Shown piece after piece: positions 18,786 to 29,091 of a stretch of 64,000 nucleotides of DNA (positions within the stretch are counted from its first letter, which is position 1; each line of letters opens with the position of its first letter). The DNA is from Turneriella sp. (GTDB lineage: Bacteria > Spirochaetota > Leptospiria > Turneriellales > Turneriellaceae), in NCBI GenBank assembly GCA_965279515.1, contig CBDIID010000003.1:1536001-1600000 (forward strand), read 5' to 3'. The notes beneath the pieces were generated by a model. It saw only the letters and a program-made list of their open reading frames with translations. It did no database searches and had not been told where the DNA came from. Position numbers and translations under genes: made by a program.

Positions 18786-21662
18786 CTAATCCGTATCTTT
18801 TTTCAGCCAACGCTTGAGGTATTTACCCGTCAGCGAGTTTTTATGCTTCGCAATCTCTTCGGGCGTCCCCGATGCCAACACCTCGCCGCCCTTGACGCCG
18901 CCCTCAGGGCCCATGTCGATGATGTAGTCGGCGCATTTGATGACATCCATGTTGTGTTCGATCACAACCACGGTATTGCCTTCGTCGACGAAACGCTCGA
19001 GAATATTCATCAGCAGGCGGATATCCTCAAAGTGCAGCCCCGTCGTGGGTTCGTCGAGAATGTAGAGCGTTTTCCCGGTAGAGCGACGGGAGAGCTCCGT
19101 GGCGAGTTTGACGCGCTGCGCTTCGCCGCCCGAGAGCGTGGTGGCAGCCTGCCCGAGCTTGATGTAACCTAAACCGACATCGAAAAGCGCCTTGAGCTTC
19201 GCGTGGATCGCCGGCACCGCCTGGAAAAAATCGACCGCCTCTTCGACGGCCATGTCGAGCACTTCGTAGATGTTCTTGTTCTTAAAACGCACTTCGAGCG
19301 TTTCCTGGTTATAGCGTTTTCCCTGGCAGACTTCGCAGCGTACATAGACGTCGCTTAGAAAGTGCATCTCGATGCGTTTGACGCCGTCCCCATCGCAGGC
19401 TTCGCAGCGGCCGCCCTCGACGTTGAATGAAAAACGACCGGCTTTATAGCCGCGCATCTGGCTCGCCGGCAGCGCGGCAAAAACATCGCGGATCGGCCCG
19501 AAGGCGCCGGTATAGGTCGCAGCATTCGAACGCGGTGTGCGGCCAATAGGGCTTTGGTCGATGTTGATAATCTTATCGATGTTCTCTGTGCCGGTGATGG
19601 CCTTGTGTTTGCCCGGCAGATCTTGCGCTCCCATGAGCTTCTTATTGATACCTTTATAAAGGATTTCATTGACCAGGGAGCTTTTTCCGCTGCCGGATAA
19701 ACCCGTGACTACCGTGAGTACCGAAAGCGGAAAATCGACGTCGATGTTCTTGAGATTGTTTTCCTGCGCGCCGGTGACGCGAATCTTCAACTCGCCGGGT
19801 TTGCGGCGCGTCTCAGGAATCTCAATCCGCTTTTTACCTGTGAGGTAGTCAGCGGTGAGTGAATTTTTTGCCTTGGTCAGTTGCGCATACGTACCCGCAA
19901 ACACGACATTGCCACCGTGGCGCCCGGCGCCCGGGCCCATATCGACGATGTAGTCGGCCTCTTGCATTGTCTCTTCGTCGTGTTCCACGACGACGATGGT
20001 ATTACCGAGATCGCGCAAACCCTTGAGTGTCGAGATGAGTTTTGCGTTATCGGACTGGTGCAGGCCAATCGAAGGTTCGTCGAGTACGTAAAGCACTCCC
20101 ATGAGCGCAGAACCGATCTGCGTCGCGAGGCGAATGCGTTGCGCTTCGCCTCCGGAAAGGGACCCCGCAATTCTATCCAACGTCAGATAACCGACGCCGA
20201 CAGAGTTCAGAAAGCGCAGGCGGTCGAAAATTTCTTTCATCGCCTGTTTGGCAATCTCTGTCTCCGTCTTATTGAAGTTCATCTTCTGGAAATAATCCAG
20301 CGCGGTTTCGAGCGTCAGTGCCGTCGTCTCGGCAATGTTCTTGCCTTTGAGTTTGACCGCGAGCGCGACAGGCTTCAGCCGCTTACCCTTGCAGACGGGG
20401 CATGGCATCTGCTCCATGTATTGTTCCATCTTCTGGCGCATGCCTTCAGACTGCGTCTGCATATAACGGCGGTGCAGGTTGGGAATGATACCCTCATAAC
20501 CGCGCGAGAACTGGTAGGTGCTGTCTGAGCCCTTCCATTCATAGTCGAGCTTGAGGGATTTATCGCCATAAAGCAGGAGATCCATCGTCTTCTTCGGCAG
20601 TTTTCGCCACGGCGTATTCGGGTCGAATGATACCTTCTTGCGCAGGGCATCGATCGAGGCCTTGTACCAGTAGCCATCGCCCGAAAAGCCAAGGCCATCC
20701 CCCAAACCCTCGCGTACGGTCTGTTTGTCGTCGCGGATCAGGCGGTCGGGATGAAACTCGAGCATATGCCCGAGGCCACTGCAGCTTTCGCAGGCGCCGT
20801 CGGGAGAATTAAACGAGAACAAGCGGTGTGTGATTTCGGGAAAACTCAGGTCACAGGCGGAGCAATAGAGCTTTGCGGAAAAGCTTTCTTCGCTCTGTTT
20901 ACCATCCTCGCCTTCGAAGAGTATGCTCGCCTGCCCGCCGCCTGCAGCCTGTTTGAGCGCGAGCTCCAGCGAGCCGGCAAGATGCATGCGCTGCGACTGC
21001 AGGTTTTCTTTTTCGAGCACCAGGCGGTCGACGACGATGTCGATGTCGTGTTTCTGGTTTTTCTTGAGTTCGATCTCTTCGTCTAAACTTCGAATCTGCC
21101 CGTTCACGCGCACGCGCACGAAACCGTCTTTCTGGATACGCTCGAATTCATGCTTGAACTCGCCCTTTTTGCTGCGGGCAATGGGAGAGAGAATCTGCGT
21201 GCGGAATGATTTCGCCTTGGGCATGCGGTCGAAAATGCCGAAGACATGGGCAACCATGGTGTCGATCGACTGCGCCTCAAGCCGGGCGCCGCATTCGGGG
21301 CAATGCGGTTCGCCGAGGCGGGCGAACAAGAGGCGCAGATAATCATAAATTTCGGTGACGGTACCGACAGTCGAACGGGGATTACGCGCCGTGGTTTTTT
21401 GCTCAATCGAGATCGCAGGGCTTAAACCCTCGATCGAATCAACGTCGGGCTTTTCGAGCTGGCCTAAGAACTGCCGCGCATAGGCAGAGAGCGATTCGAC
21501 ATAACGCCGCTGGCCTTCGGCATAGATGGTATCGAAAGCCAGCGAGCTTTTGCCGCTGCCGGATAGCCCCGTGATGACGACGAGTTTCTCGCGCGGTATT
21601 TCGAGCGAGATATTCTTGAGGTTATGCTCGCGCGCGCCCGTAATTTTTATCGAAGGGGGCAC
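18786..21662 (-). CDS. uvrA: Excinuclease ABC subunit A
   Basis: [10 protein letters not shown], two [11 protein letters not shown]alker A motifs, zinc fingers, two LSGGEAQR. Confidence 0.99.
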   Translation of the reverse strand: MPPSIKITGAREHNLKNISLEIPREKLVVITGLSGSGKSSLAFDTIYAEGQRRYVESLSAYARQFLGQLEKPDVDSIEGLSPAISIEQKTTARNPRSTVGTVTEIYDYLRLLFARLGEPHCPECGARLEAQSIDTMVAHVFGIFDRMPKAKSFRTQILSPIARSKKGEFKHEFERIQKDGFVRVRVNGQIRSLDEEIELKKNQKHDIDIVVDRLVLEKENLQSQRMHLAGSLELALKQAAGGGQASILFEGEDGKQSEESFSAKLYCSACDLSFPEITHRLFSFNSPDGACESCSGLGHMLEFHPDRLIRDDKQTVREGLGDGLGFSGDGYWYKASIDALRKKVSFDPNTPWRKLPKKTMDLLLYGDKSLKLDYEWKGSDSTYQFSRGYEGIIPNLHRRYMQTQSEGMRQKMEQYMEQMPCPVCKGKRLKPVALAVKLKGKNIAETTALTLETALDYFQKMNFNKTETEIAKQAMKEIFDRLRFLNSVGVGYLTLDRIAGSLSGGEAQRIRLATQIGSALMGVLYVLDEPSIGLHQSDNAKLISTLKGLRDLGNTIVVVEHDEETMQEADYIVDMGPGAGRHGGNVVFAGTYAQLTKAKNSLTADYLTGKKRIEIPETRRKPGELKIRVTGAQENNLKNIDVDFPLSVLTVVTGLSGSGKSSLVNEILYKGINKKLMGAQDLPGKHKAITGTENIDKIINIDQSPIGRTPRSNAATYTGAFGPIRDVFAALPASQMRGYKAGRFSFNVEGGRCEACDGDGVKRIEMHFLSDVYVRCEVCQGKRYNQETLEVRFKNKNIYEVLDMAVEEAVDFFQAVPAIHAKLKALFDVGLGYIKLGQAATTLSGGEAQRVKLATELSRRSTGKTLYILDEPTTGLHFEDIRLLMNILERFVDEGNTVVVIEHNMDVIKCADYIIDMGPEGGVKGGEVLASGTPEEIAKHKNSLTGKYLKRWLKKDTD

Positions 21663-21663
21663 G

Positions 21664-22557
21664 TTAAGAGGGGAACTCCACGTATTTGCCGATGTATTGC
21701 AGAAATTTTTCCGAAGCGCGCTGCGGCCGTGCGCGTGACAACGATACGATCAGCTGCTCGTCGCGCATCGAGATCAACAGCTTGCCGTTGTGCATGACAT
21801 CTTGCCGAAACCAGTAGCGGATTTTATCGATGCGTTCGATCCATGTCATCACCTGTAGTGTATGTCCTGCTCTCGCATGGATGCCATCCATGCCAGGTCG
21901 AGCCTCGGCACCTCCTGTGCCATCGGCAGGACCTTCGGCAAAAAAATTCGCGACACTGCCCATAAAAAACGACGTCGTATCGAGCTCGACAATCTTTTCA
22001 TAGGTGAGGCCGATCTGTTCGACGAACATCCAGCGGCCTTCTTCAAAGATCTTCCATAGCGAGGCGACGTTGTATTTACCCGCGAAATCACGGTCGGCAT
22101 AAGGCAGCTTGTATTGCCCGACGATGCGCTCACCCTTGCCCGACCAGGGTTTTAGCGGCTCATACAAGACGGGCTCTTTGCCTTCGGCTGCAGGCAGTTC
22201 CACAACGAGAAAATCAGAACCGCGCACCGGATATGTGAGCTGCTGCAGGTGGCAGACCAGTTCACCGCCCTTCTCAAAAATTTTCTGGTCCCAGTGGATA
22301 TTGCCGCCGCTTTCAGGAAAAGCGTGGGTCTCTATCCTGAGTTCTGCGCCGGGAAACTGCTGGCGGTGGAATTTGACATAACCCGAAAGCGGGTTGAGGT
22401 AAATTTGTTCGTTTTTGACCTGCTCAAAGGGGATACCCAGTTTTTCGAGCAGCCGGTAACGGCCTTCGAGTGCAAACGATTCATATGTCCTGCTCGTCAC
22501 ATGCCGCTGCGTGTCGAGGTCGGCAAAACGTGTCGTGGCGAAATATTCGTCGCGCAT
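21664..22557 (-). CDS. Double hot-dog acyl-CoA/acyl-ACP thioesterase with an in-frame palindromic insertion
   Basis: [12 protein letters not shown] and [10 protein letters not shown] repeats, E.GR in both domains. Confidence 0.8.
   Translation of the reverse strand: MRDEYFATTRFADLDTQRHVTSRTYESFALEGRYRLLEKLGIPFEQVKNEQIYLNPLSGYVKFHRQQFPGAELRIETHAFPESGGNIHWDQKIFEKGGELVCHLQQLTYPVRGSDFLVVELPAAEGKEPVLYEPLKPWSGKGERIVGQYKLPYADRDFAGKYNVASLWKIFEEGRWMFVEQIGLTYEKIVELDTTSFFMGSVANFFAEGPADGTGGAEARPGMDGIHARAGHTLQVMTWIERIDKIRYWFRQDVMHNGKLLISMRDEQLIVSLSRARPQRASEKFLQYIGKYVEFPS
21864..21932. repeat. 69-bp cloverleaf palindromic element in frame within the thioesterase
   Basis: Terminal IR GTCCTGC/GCAGGAC; inner GCATGGATG-C-CATCCATGC and GGCAC-CTCCT-GTGCC. 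Confidence 0.8.
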
Positions 22558-22560
22558 AAG

Positions 22561-23760
22561 TCAATCCGCCTTCTCTTTGAAGTAGATATCGAGAATCGTA
22601 ATTTCAAGACGCGTACCGATACGCACGGGTGCACCCCAATAACCGGTGCCATCGTTGACATAGACCAGCATATTGCCGAAACGATAAAGACCGCTGGCGA
22701 ACCGGTAGACCAGGTGCACGACCCACGACCAGGGAATATACTGACCGCCATGCGTGTGCCCCGAAAGCATAAGGTCATAGTTTTGCTTCTGCGCGCTCTT
22801 CGCGAAGATCGGCTGGTGAGCGAGTAGAATCGCTAAATCAGACTTCTCGCGGTCTGGAACTCTTGGCAGCTCTTCGGCAAAACGCGCGGCGGTGGGATCG
22901 CTCACTCCGGAAACAAAAACTTTCGTACCGGCGATATCGATCGTTTCACCGCGGTTGATCACCGGCTTGAATTTGAGTTTCTTAAACTCCGCAAGCCAGT
23001 TTTGCATACCCCAGTAATATTCATGGTTACCGGGAATGTAATACGTACCGTGCTTTGCCTGAATGCCCGCAAGCGGCGCGGCATCTTCGGCGAGCGTTGC
23101 AAGATTGCCGTCGCCGATGTCGCCGGTGAAACAGGCAAAGTCAGGCTGCGCTGCATTGATCTTGGCGACGACCCTGGTGACATATTCTTTTTTAATCGCC
23201 CGGCCGATGTGCAGGTCACTGACCTGCGCAATGCGGATTTTCTCTGCGCCGTGTTTATGTTTTTTAAAACGCGGCCGGCGTTTCAACTTACCATGCAACG
23301 GAAAGACAAGTTTAACAAAGCGGTAACGCGGCCCGCGCGCGACGGTGACGCGACCCCAGACAAAATAGAGCAACGCCAGACTGGCAATGAGCAGGGAAAA
23401 AACAGAATCCAGGGTAAAGCCGCGCGGCAGCGCGACAAGGGTGCTCACCTGCCATGCCTGCGGCAATACACCGAAGATAAACCGCACAAATTCACTGAGC
23501 GCAGTGAAAAGCAACAGCAAACTGAGGATGCCCATGAGATTATATGCACTGGCCTCGAGCAGTTTGGTTGCCGCCCCGCCTTTTTGCGGTCTCTGCCATC
23601 TCTTAAAGGGCAGCCAGAGCAGGTTGGCTATCATTGCACCGAGAATAATCCAGATCGCCAGGCGCACAGGCAGCGGCCAGACGGGGGCAACGAGGCGGTG
23701 GCCCAGGTAGACAAAACCCAGCAACACTAAAATGGTCGCCGTGATGAGAAAGCGGTACAT
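22561..23760 (-). CDS. Membrane-anchored metallophosphoesterase (YkuE/YaeI-like)
   Basis: SDLH, TGD, GNHE, LAHQP, SGHTHGGQ motifs; 4 N-terminal TMs. Confidence 0.92.
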   Translation of the reverse strand: MYRFLITATILVLLGFVYLGHRLVAPVWPLPVRLAIWIILGAMIANLLWLPFKRWQRPQKGGAATKLLEASAYNLMGILSLLLLFTALSEFVRFIFGVLPQAWQVSTLVALPRGFTLDSVFSLLIASLALLYFVWGRVTVARGPRYRFVKLVFPLHGKLKRRPRFKKHKHGAEKIRIAQVSDLHIGRAIKKEYVTRVVAKINAAQPDFACFTGDIGDGNLATLAEDAAPLAGIQAKHGTYYIPGNHEYYWGMQNWLAEFKKLKFKPVINRGETIDIAGTKVFVSGVSDPTAARFAEELPRVPDREKSDLAILLAHQPIFAKSAQKQNYDLMLSGHTHGGQYIPWSWVVHLVYRFASGLYRFGNMLVYVNDGTGYWGAPVRIGTRLEITILDIYFKEKAD

Positions 23761-23841
23761 TATGTGCTAAGTTAGGTAATTTCCTATCGGGCGCACAATT
23801 TGCGCTCCATAGAAAATGACCCAACCCGAAAGGGAGACATT

Positions 23842-24588
23842 GTGGAAACGAGTAATTCAGAAACCGGACGACAAAAGCTTTTGGAGGATTTCCTCACGCG
23901 GGAAAATCTGCCGGCGAAAGCGCTGTCCAATCTCAACATTGCGCTGACGCATAAGAGCTACAGCAATGAATTCCGCCAGGGACATGATCCGGCTCTCGAC
24001 AAGCACAACCAGCGCATGGAATTTCTCGGCGATTCTGTTTTGGGCCTCGTGATCGCGCACCATTTCTATGCCTCGAAGCGCAAGACCGCCGAGGGTGGCC
24101 TCACACGACTCAAGGCGATGACCGTCTGCGAATCCGCTCTCAAAAAAATCGCCGACCGCCTCGAGCTCGGCAAAATGCTGCGCATGGGCAAAGGCGAGAT
24201 TGCCACCGGCGGCCTGACACGCACCTCAAATCTCGCCGACGCGATGGAAGCGGTGATCGGGGCGATTTACCTGAGCGCCGGCTTTGAAACTGCGCAGACC
24301 TTTGTACTGCGCCATTTCAGCGAAATTCTCGACAACCCTGAAACGGTTGAAGGCAGCAAAGACTTCAAATCAACGCTGCAGGAGTACCTGGCGAAAAAAA
24401 ATCACCAGCGTCCCGAATATGAGCTCGTGGGCGCCGAGGGGCCAGACCATGATAAGAAGTTTACGATTGCCCTCGTTATCGAAGGCAAAAAGAAATCCGA
24501 AGGCATTGCGCGTACGCGCAAGCAGGCAGAGCAGAACGCCGCGCAGGCGTATCTCGAAGGGTTAAACCAGAAAGTAAAAGTACACTAA
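23842..24588 (+). CDS. rnc: Ribonuclease III
   Basis: ALTHKS, NQRMEFLGDSVL, ADAMEAVIGAIY, dsRBD (DFKSTLQE...GPDH...KQAEQ); GTG after GGGAG. Confidence 0.97.
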   Translation: METSNSETGRQKLLEDFLTRENLPAKALSNLNIALTHKSYSNEFRQGHDPALDKHNQRMEFLGDSVLGLVIAHHFYASKRKTAEGGLTRLKAMTVCESALKKIADRLELGKMLRMGKGEIATGGLTRTSNLADAMEAVIGAIYLSAGFETAQTFVLRHFSEILDNPETVEGSKDFKSTLQEYLAKKNHQRPEYELVGAEGPDHDKKFTIALVIEGKKKSEGIARTRKQAEQNAAQAYLEGLNQKVKVH

Positions 24589-24759
24589 TTAAGCGTAAGT
24601 ATCAACGGCTGAGCTTGTACCCGCGGCCTGTTCCATTTCAGCGCCGACAGTTTTCAGCATTTTGTCGTCCAGGGCGATTTTGGCATCGGTCATTTGGCGC
24701 AGAACCTGCCCCATTTCCTGGATGTTCGAGGCGATGTTGGCGACGGGATTGATGTTCAT
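24589..24759 (-). CDS. 56-aa small protein, YjfB-like putative motility protein (below ORF-track cutoff)
   Basis: Hand translation MNINPVANIASNIQEMGQVLRQMTDAKIALDDKMLKTVGAEMEQAAGTSSAVDTYA; host-like codon usage; C-terminal VDTYA. Confidence 0.7.
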   Translation of the reverse strand: MNINPVANIASNIQEMGQVLRQMTDAKIALDDKMLKTVGAEMEQAAGTSSAVDTYA

Positions 24760-24765
24760 CTTTAA

Positions 24766-24793
24766 TTGTCGTTACCCCGGAGGGTAAACTTGA
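24766..24793 (-). promoter_or_regulatory. Possible sigma-28 promoter of the 56-aa ORF
   Basis: TCAAGTTT-N12-AACGACAA ending 6 nt before the ATG. Confidence 0.4.
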
Positions 24794-24958
24794 ATAGGGA
24801 TCGTCTGGTTTTTCGACGGATTGCCCGTGATGTTGCGTTTTCGCCGCCTTTATGTTTCCCTCAAGCGAGATCGCAAGGCTTCATGGGTCAACTGCCAACG
24901 ATCTCAGCTTTACCCCAAAAAATAATATCCCCATCACAATTCCTTTTTACCAATACCT

Positions 24959-26047
24959 GTGATTGAAACACTTCAGTCTCTGACACTTCTGGGCTGCATT
25001 GTATCCTGGATGATCGCGTTAGCATGCATTATGACGAGGAAGAAAAATGCTATCCATTTTTTCTTTGGGCTATTCTATTTCTCGCTCGGTGTAATTCATT
25101 TATCCGTTTGGAATGTAGAATTGAATTTGCACCTACGTTTTTCCGTGTTGTCTGAAGTTGACCTTCCGTTTATCTGCCTGCTCGGCCCTCTTGTTTATCT
25201 TATCCATCGAATTACAATGGATAGAGAATTTAGATTTCGTTTATTTCACTTGCTCCATTTTCTACCGGCCCTGATAAGCATGATACTGATGTTGCCCTAT
25301 TACTTCACGCCGGCGCCAGAGAAGCAACTCGCTTTTTCAATGGCCTTAACTGACCTTCCCGGCACTCTGTTGCAAATGAACCTCGGCATCACTGTGCTCA
25401 TCAATTTGGCTTACCTCGTTTTAGTGGCAAGAGGCACGCGCATATTTTGGAACTGGCAAACCCTGCGCGATGAACCTCTTGTAAGGAATCTGCTGAAAAT
25501 AATACTTTGGACAGCTTTAGTCCTGGGTATTGCGGCGTTCGGTATTGTTGGACATCGTTTCAGTCTAGTCTACCTGGCATTGGCATTGGCGACCCTCGGT
25601 CACTTGTATATTTTTGCGCAAATGCACCGCAATCCTCAAACGTTCTTTTCTTTGAGAAATATTGCCGAACGCGCGAGATACCGGCGTGCCTTACCAAAGG
25701 AAATTGACACCCGGGATTTAAGAATCCAGTTAGAAAACCTCATTGAAGACCGTAAGCTCCATCACGATCCTGATCTGAGTCTGGCGGGCATGGCACAGAT
25801 ACTTTCCATAACTCCGCACCAATTGTCTCAGTTTCTGAATGAGCATGTCGGCAAGAATTTTGCAGGATTTTTGAACGAATTTCGTGTCGCCGAGGCCAAG
25901 ACAAAGTTACTCGACGAACAGAATTTGTCCGCAACGGCCATAGGTTACCAATTAGGTTTCAGCAACTACGCAACGTTTCAGCTTGTGTTTCGCAAAGCAG
26001 TCGGCATTTCTCCCAAAGCCTACCGCGAAAAGCTACGCCGAAATTAA
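24959..26047 (+). CDS. Membrane-bound AraC family regulator (multi-TM sensor plus C-terminal HTH)
   Basis: DPDLSL...HQLSQFLN...NF..FLN.FRV.EAK...IGYQLGFSN.ATF...FRK..G.SP..YR. Confidence 0.9.
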   Translation: MIETLQSLTLLGCIVSWMIALACIMTRKKNAIHFFFGLFYFSLGVIHLSVWNVELNLHLRFSVLSEVDLPFICLLGPLVYLIHRITMDREFRFRLFHLLHFLPALISMILMLPYYFTPAPEKQLAFSMALTDLPGTLLQMNLGITVLINLAYLVLVARGTRIFWNWQTLRDEPLVRNLLKIILWTALVLGIAAFGIVGHRFSLVYLALALATLGHLYIFAQMHRNPQTFFSLRNIAERARYRRALPKEIDTRDLRIQLENLIEDRKLHHDPDLSLAGMAQILSITPHQLSQFLNEHVGKNFAGFLNEFRVAEAKTKLLDEQNLSATAIGYQLGFSNYATFQLVFRKAVGISPKAYREKLRRN

Positions 26048-26155
26048 TCATAAACTGATCATTTTATAAAATAACGAGTTGATGTTATAAATCTTAATTT
26101 TCTATTTTTGACGGTAGTAAGCGTCTCAGGTAGTTTAACTCCATAGGAGATTTAT

Positions 26156-28054
26156 ATGAAAAAAATATGTATTAGGATTCTGATAGTTGGGGCGTTATTT
26201 ATGTCCTGCGCGAAAAAGAGTGAAATTGCCGACGAAGCACAGCTGACTCGTCTGGGCAGTTTGCAGGGTGAATTAATTGGCGGCATTGCCGGCAGCGGCG
26301 ACCTGGCAATCCGGGTCAACACAGGGGTCGATAAACCACAAACAGTATATGACTATGGAGATCTCATGGAGGGTTCAGACCTAAACCAGATTTTCACCGT
26401 CATGAACACTGGCATAAACCCCATCAGGTTAAGCGTTCAGCAGCCTGCTCTGACGGCTGGTTTTTCTTATGCGGCATCGCCCCTGGGTTCTGTTTTTCCC
26501 GGCAACGGAGGAACTTGCGTTGCAGGCGGTGTGCTGGCAGCGGGTGCGAGTTGTATAGTCATCGTTACATTTACGGCGGCTTCCCCCGAGGGTATCAAAA
26601 CGGCAGCATTGGTGATAGATTACGTGGATAGGTTTGTGCCCTTATCTGCCAGCAAGGCGATTAAGGGTACCGCTCGCCATCTACCGGCGCCGATTGATGT
26701 GCAAAAAGCGGGTGGTTATGGCTGCGCGCTGCAAAATGGGCGCGCAGTATTATGCTGGGGCCACAACACTGGCGGCCAGCTTGGCCACGATAATTCACTG
26801 ACAATCGGTGATGCGGCGAATGAGATGGGAAACGAGATACCTGTGACGGTAGTACACCCTTCGGGCAGTCACGTTAAGAAAATCAGCCTAAGCACAGCCG
26901 GTGACGGCAATGAATTTGTGTGCGCTCTGTTGGATACGGGCAAGGTGTTCTGTTGGGGAAAGGGAGCAAACGGTCAATTGGGCACTTACAATACCAACAA
27001 CATCGGGTTAGCACCTGGACAGATGGGCGCTAACCTGATTCCGGTAGATTTGAGTTCTGATGCTTCGGGCAATTCGTACGCTGTTGATATTGCCGTGGGG
27101 AAGGATTTTGCGTGCGCCATCAGGCAAGATGGATCCATACGGTGCTGGGGTCTTGACAGCAATGGCCAACTCGGTAATGGACCGGCATCTACGGGCAACA
27201 TCGGTGATAGCCCCGCTCACTCTATCAGCGGCAGCGGCAACGCAGTCGCGCTAGGTGGTCCGGCAAGGGCTATTTTCCTCGGCGCGTTTCATGCCTGCGC
27301 CATCTTGGGGGATAACTCGGTCAAATGCTGGGGCAACAACAACAACGGCAGGCTCGGTGTCGGCGAAGCTACGGCAGGTCTTGCATCGAGCCCCGTAGGT
27401 CCCGTAAATTTGGGCGACGGTCTCACAGCGATAACGATGGCGCTGGGCGGCAGTCACACCTGCGCAATTCTGAGCAATCGACATCTCAAGTGCTGGGGTG
27501 GTGGCGGTGGCGGTCTGAATGATGGATCAGGCGAATTAGGCTATGGGGACAAATTGACGCGCGGGAAAACTGCCGCGAGCATGGCGTCGTTGCCCGAAGT
27601 CGAAATTCTCAATGCTGACGGCACCATGGCAGCACTCGACGGTGTTACGGCAGGTGCAGCTACCACATGCGTTGTAAAAACAGGGGCTTTTGTAAAATGT
27701 TGGGGTCGTAACGATAAGGGTCAGGCGGGGCAGGGACATACGAATAATATCGGTGATGATCCCGGAGAGATGGGGTTGAACTTACCACCCATTAGCTTTT
27801 TTGCACCCGAAAATCCAATTCCACTGAGTGTCTTTCCGATCATTACGAGTTCCTGCGCAGTTTATTCGTTCGCGGTACCGGAGATAACAGGGCAACAACG
27901 CAGGTTATCATGTTGGGGAAACAATGCTTCCGGGACTTTAGGCTCAGAAACGAATGGTGTATGTTTGGCCGGCGCAGATGCCATTTGCGGAAATGCTCCC
28001 GACGAAATGGGCGGCAACACTTATGATATTAGGCTACCATTTATAGACCACTGA
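26156..28054 (+). CDS. RCC1-repeat lipoprotein with N-terminal Ig-like domain
   Basis: Lipobox FMSC; repeated CWG.N..GQLG...IGD...EMG units; AGGAG RBS. Confidence 0.85.
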   Translation: MKKICIRILIVGALFMSCAKKSEIADEAQLTRLGSLQGELIGGIAGSGDLAIRVNTGVDKPQTVYDYGDLMEGSDLNQIFTVMNTGINPIRLSVQQPALTAGFSYAASPLGSVFPGNGGTCVAGGVLAAGASCIVIVTFTAASPEGIKTAALVIDYVDRFVPLSASKAIKGTARHLPAPIDVQKAGGYGCALQNGRAVLCWGHNTGGQLGHDNSLTIGDAANEMGNEIPVTVVHPSGSHVKKISLSTAGDGNEFVCALLDTGKVFCWGKGANGQLGTYNTNNIGLAPGQMGANLIPVDLSSDASGNSYAVDIAVGKDFACAIRQDGSIRCWGLDSNGQLGNGPASTGNIGDSPAHSISGSGNAVALGGPARAIFLGAFHACAILGDNSVKCWGNNNNGRLGVGEATAGLASSPVGPVNLGDGLTAITMALGGSHTCAILSNRHLKCWGGGGGGLNDGSGELGYGDKLTRGKTAASMASLPEVEILNADGTMAALDGVTAGAATTCVVKTGAFVKCWGRNDKGQAGQGHTNNIGDDPGEMGLNLPPISFFAPENPIPLSVFPIITSSCAVYSFAVPEITGQQRRLSCWGNNASGTLGSETNGVCLAGADAICGNAPDEMGGNTYDIRLPFIDH

Positions 28055-28055
28055 A

Positions 28056-29078
28056 TCAAGGAATATGAAAAAAACCGCGGGCAAAATCGGGGCCATAGAA
28101 GATCAAGCCGGTGTATACCTGCACGAGATCGGCCCCCATTTCAAGCCGCACTTTTGCTTCGCCGGGGGAAAAAATACCGCCACTCGAAATCACAGGTACC
28201 TTGCCGCGCGTCTCTTTCAGCGTCACTGCCAGGTACTCGCGCGCCCTGGCCGCGAGCGGTTTTCCGGAAAGCCCGCCCCCAAAATCCCTCAGGTTTTCGG
28301 GCAAAACCACCAGGGAATGATCGGTCGTCGTGTTGCTGATGATAATTCCCTGTGCGCCGCCGGCGAGCGCCGCATGGAGCGAATCGCGGTAAGCTTTCAG
28401 CGAATCAAAATCGGGCGCAAATTTGACAACGATGGGCCGCGGCGCAACGGCCACACATTTTTCCACAAGCGCACGGATGGCCTTACCCTTCTGCAACGCC
28501 CGCAGGTTCGGCGTATTGGGCGAGCTGACGTTCACGGCGATATAACTCAGGTACTCGCTCATGATGTCGCCGCGCAATAGCTCCAGGCAATAGATATAAT
28601 CGTCGGCCGCACTTTCAACCGCCCTTTCCTTGCCTTTGCCGAGACTCAGCGCTATCTGGTATGATGCCGGCGCGACCGCAAGACGTGCCCGCAGGTTTTG
28701 CCAGCCGCGGATAAATCCCGGGTTGTTAAATCCCATCTTGTTCAGCAGCGCTTCGTTTTCGGGAAGGCGCGCGAGCCGCGGCTTCGCATTTCCCTTTTGC
28801 GGTTTCGGCGTCAGGCTGCCCGATTCGATAAAACCAAAACCTAAACGGTGGATATAAGATGGAGCGCGGCAAAATTTATCAAAACCGGCGGCAATCCCCA
28901 GCGGTGAATAGAACTTGCGGTCGAAAAGAATTTTAGCTTCGCGCTTTGAGAGCACGGCATCTTTGACGAACGGCGAGATGCAGCGCATCGCCATGCCTGT
29001 CAGCGTGTGCGCGCGCTCAGGGTCGATGGCGAAAAGTGCGGGCTTCGTCAGCCGGTAGAGACTCTGCAAAACTGACAT
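28056..29078 (-). CDS. pyrD: Quinone-dependent dihydroorotate dehydrogenase
   Basis: DPERAH, GIAAGFDK, NKMGFNNPG, NVSSPNTPNLR, KFAPD, GGLSG. Confidence 0.97.
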   Translation of the reverse strand: MSVLQSLYRLTKPALFAIDPERAHTLTGMAMRCISPFVKDAVLSKREAKILFDRKFYSPLGIAAGFDKFCRAPSYIHRLGFGFIESGSLTPKPQKGNAKPRLARLPENEALLNKMGFNNPGFIRGWQNLRARLAVAPASYQIALSLGKGKERAVESAADDYIYCLELLRGDIMSEYLSYIAVNVSSPNTPNLRALQKGKAIRALVEKCVAVAPRPIVVKFAPDFDSLKAYRDSLHAALAGGAQGIIISNTTTDHSLVVLPENLRDFGGGLSGKPLAARAREYLAVTLKETRGKVPVISSGGIFSPGEAKVRLEMGADLVQVYTGLIFYGPDFARGFFHIP

Positions 29079-29091
29079 GGCCCGCGGCGGC

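Noticed and set aside
23245..23300. Basic insertion KLKRRPRFKKHKH in the metallophosphoesterase as another repeat insertion
   Set aside because: Only a 6-bp stem without the TCC loop; likely ordinary loop variation
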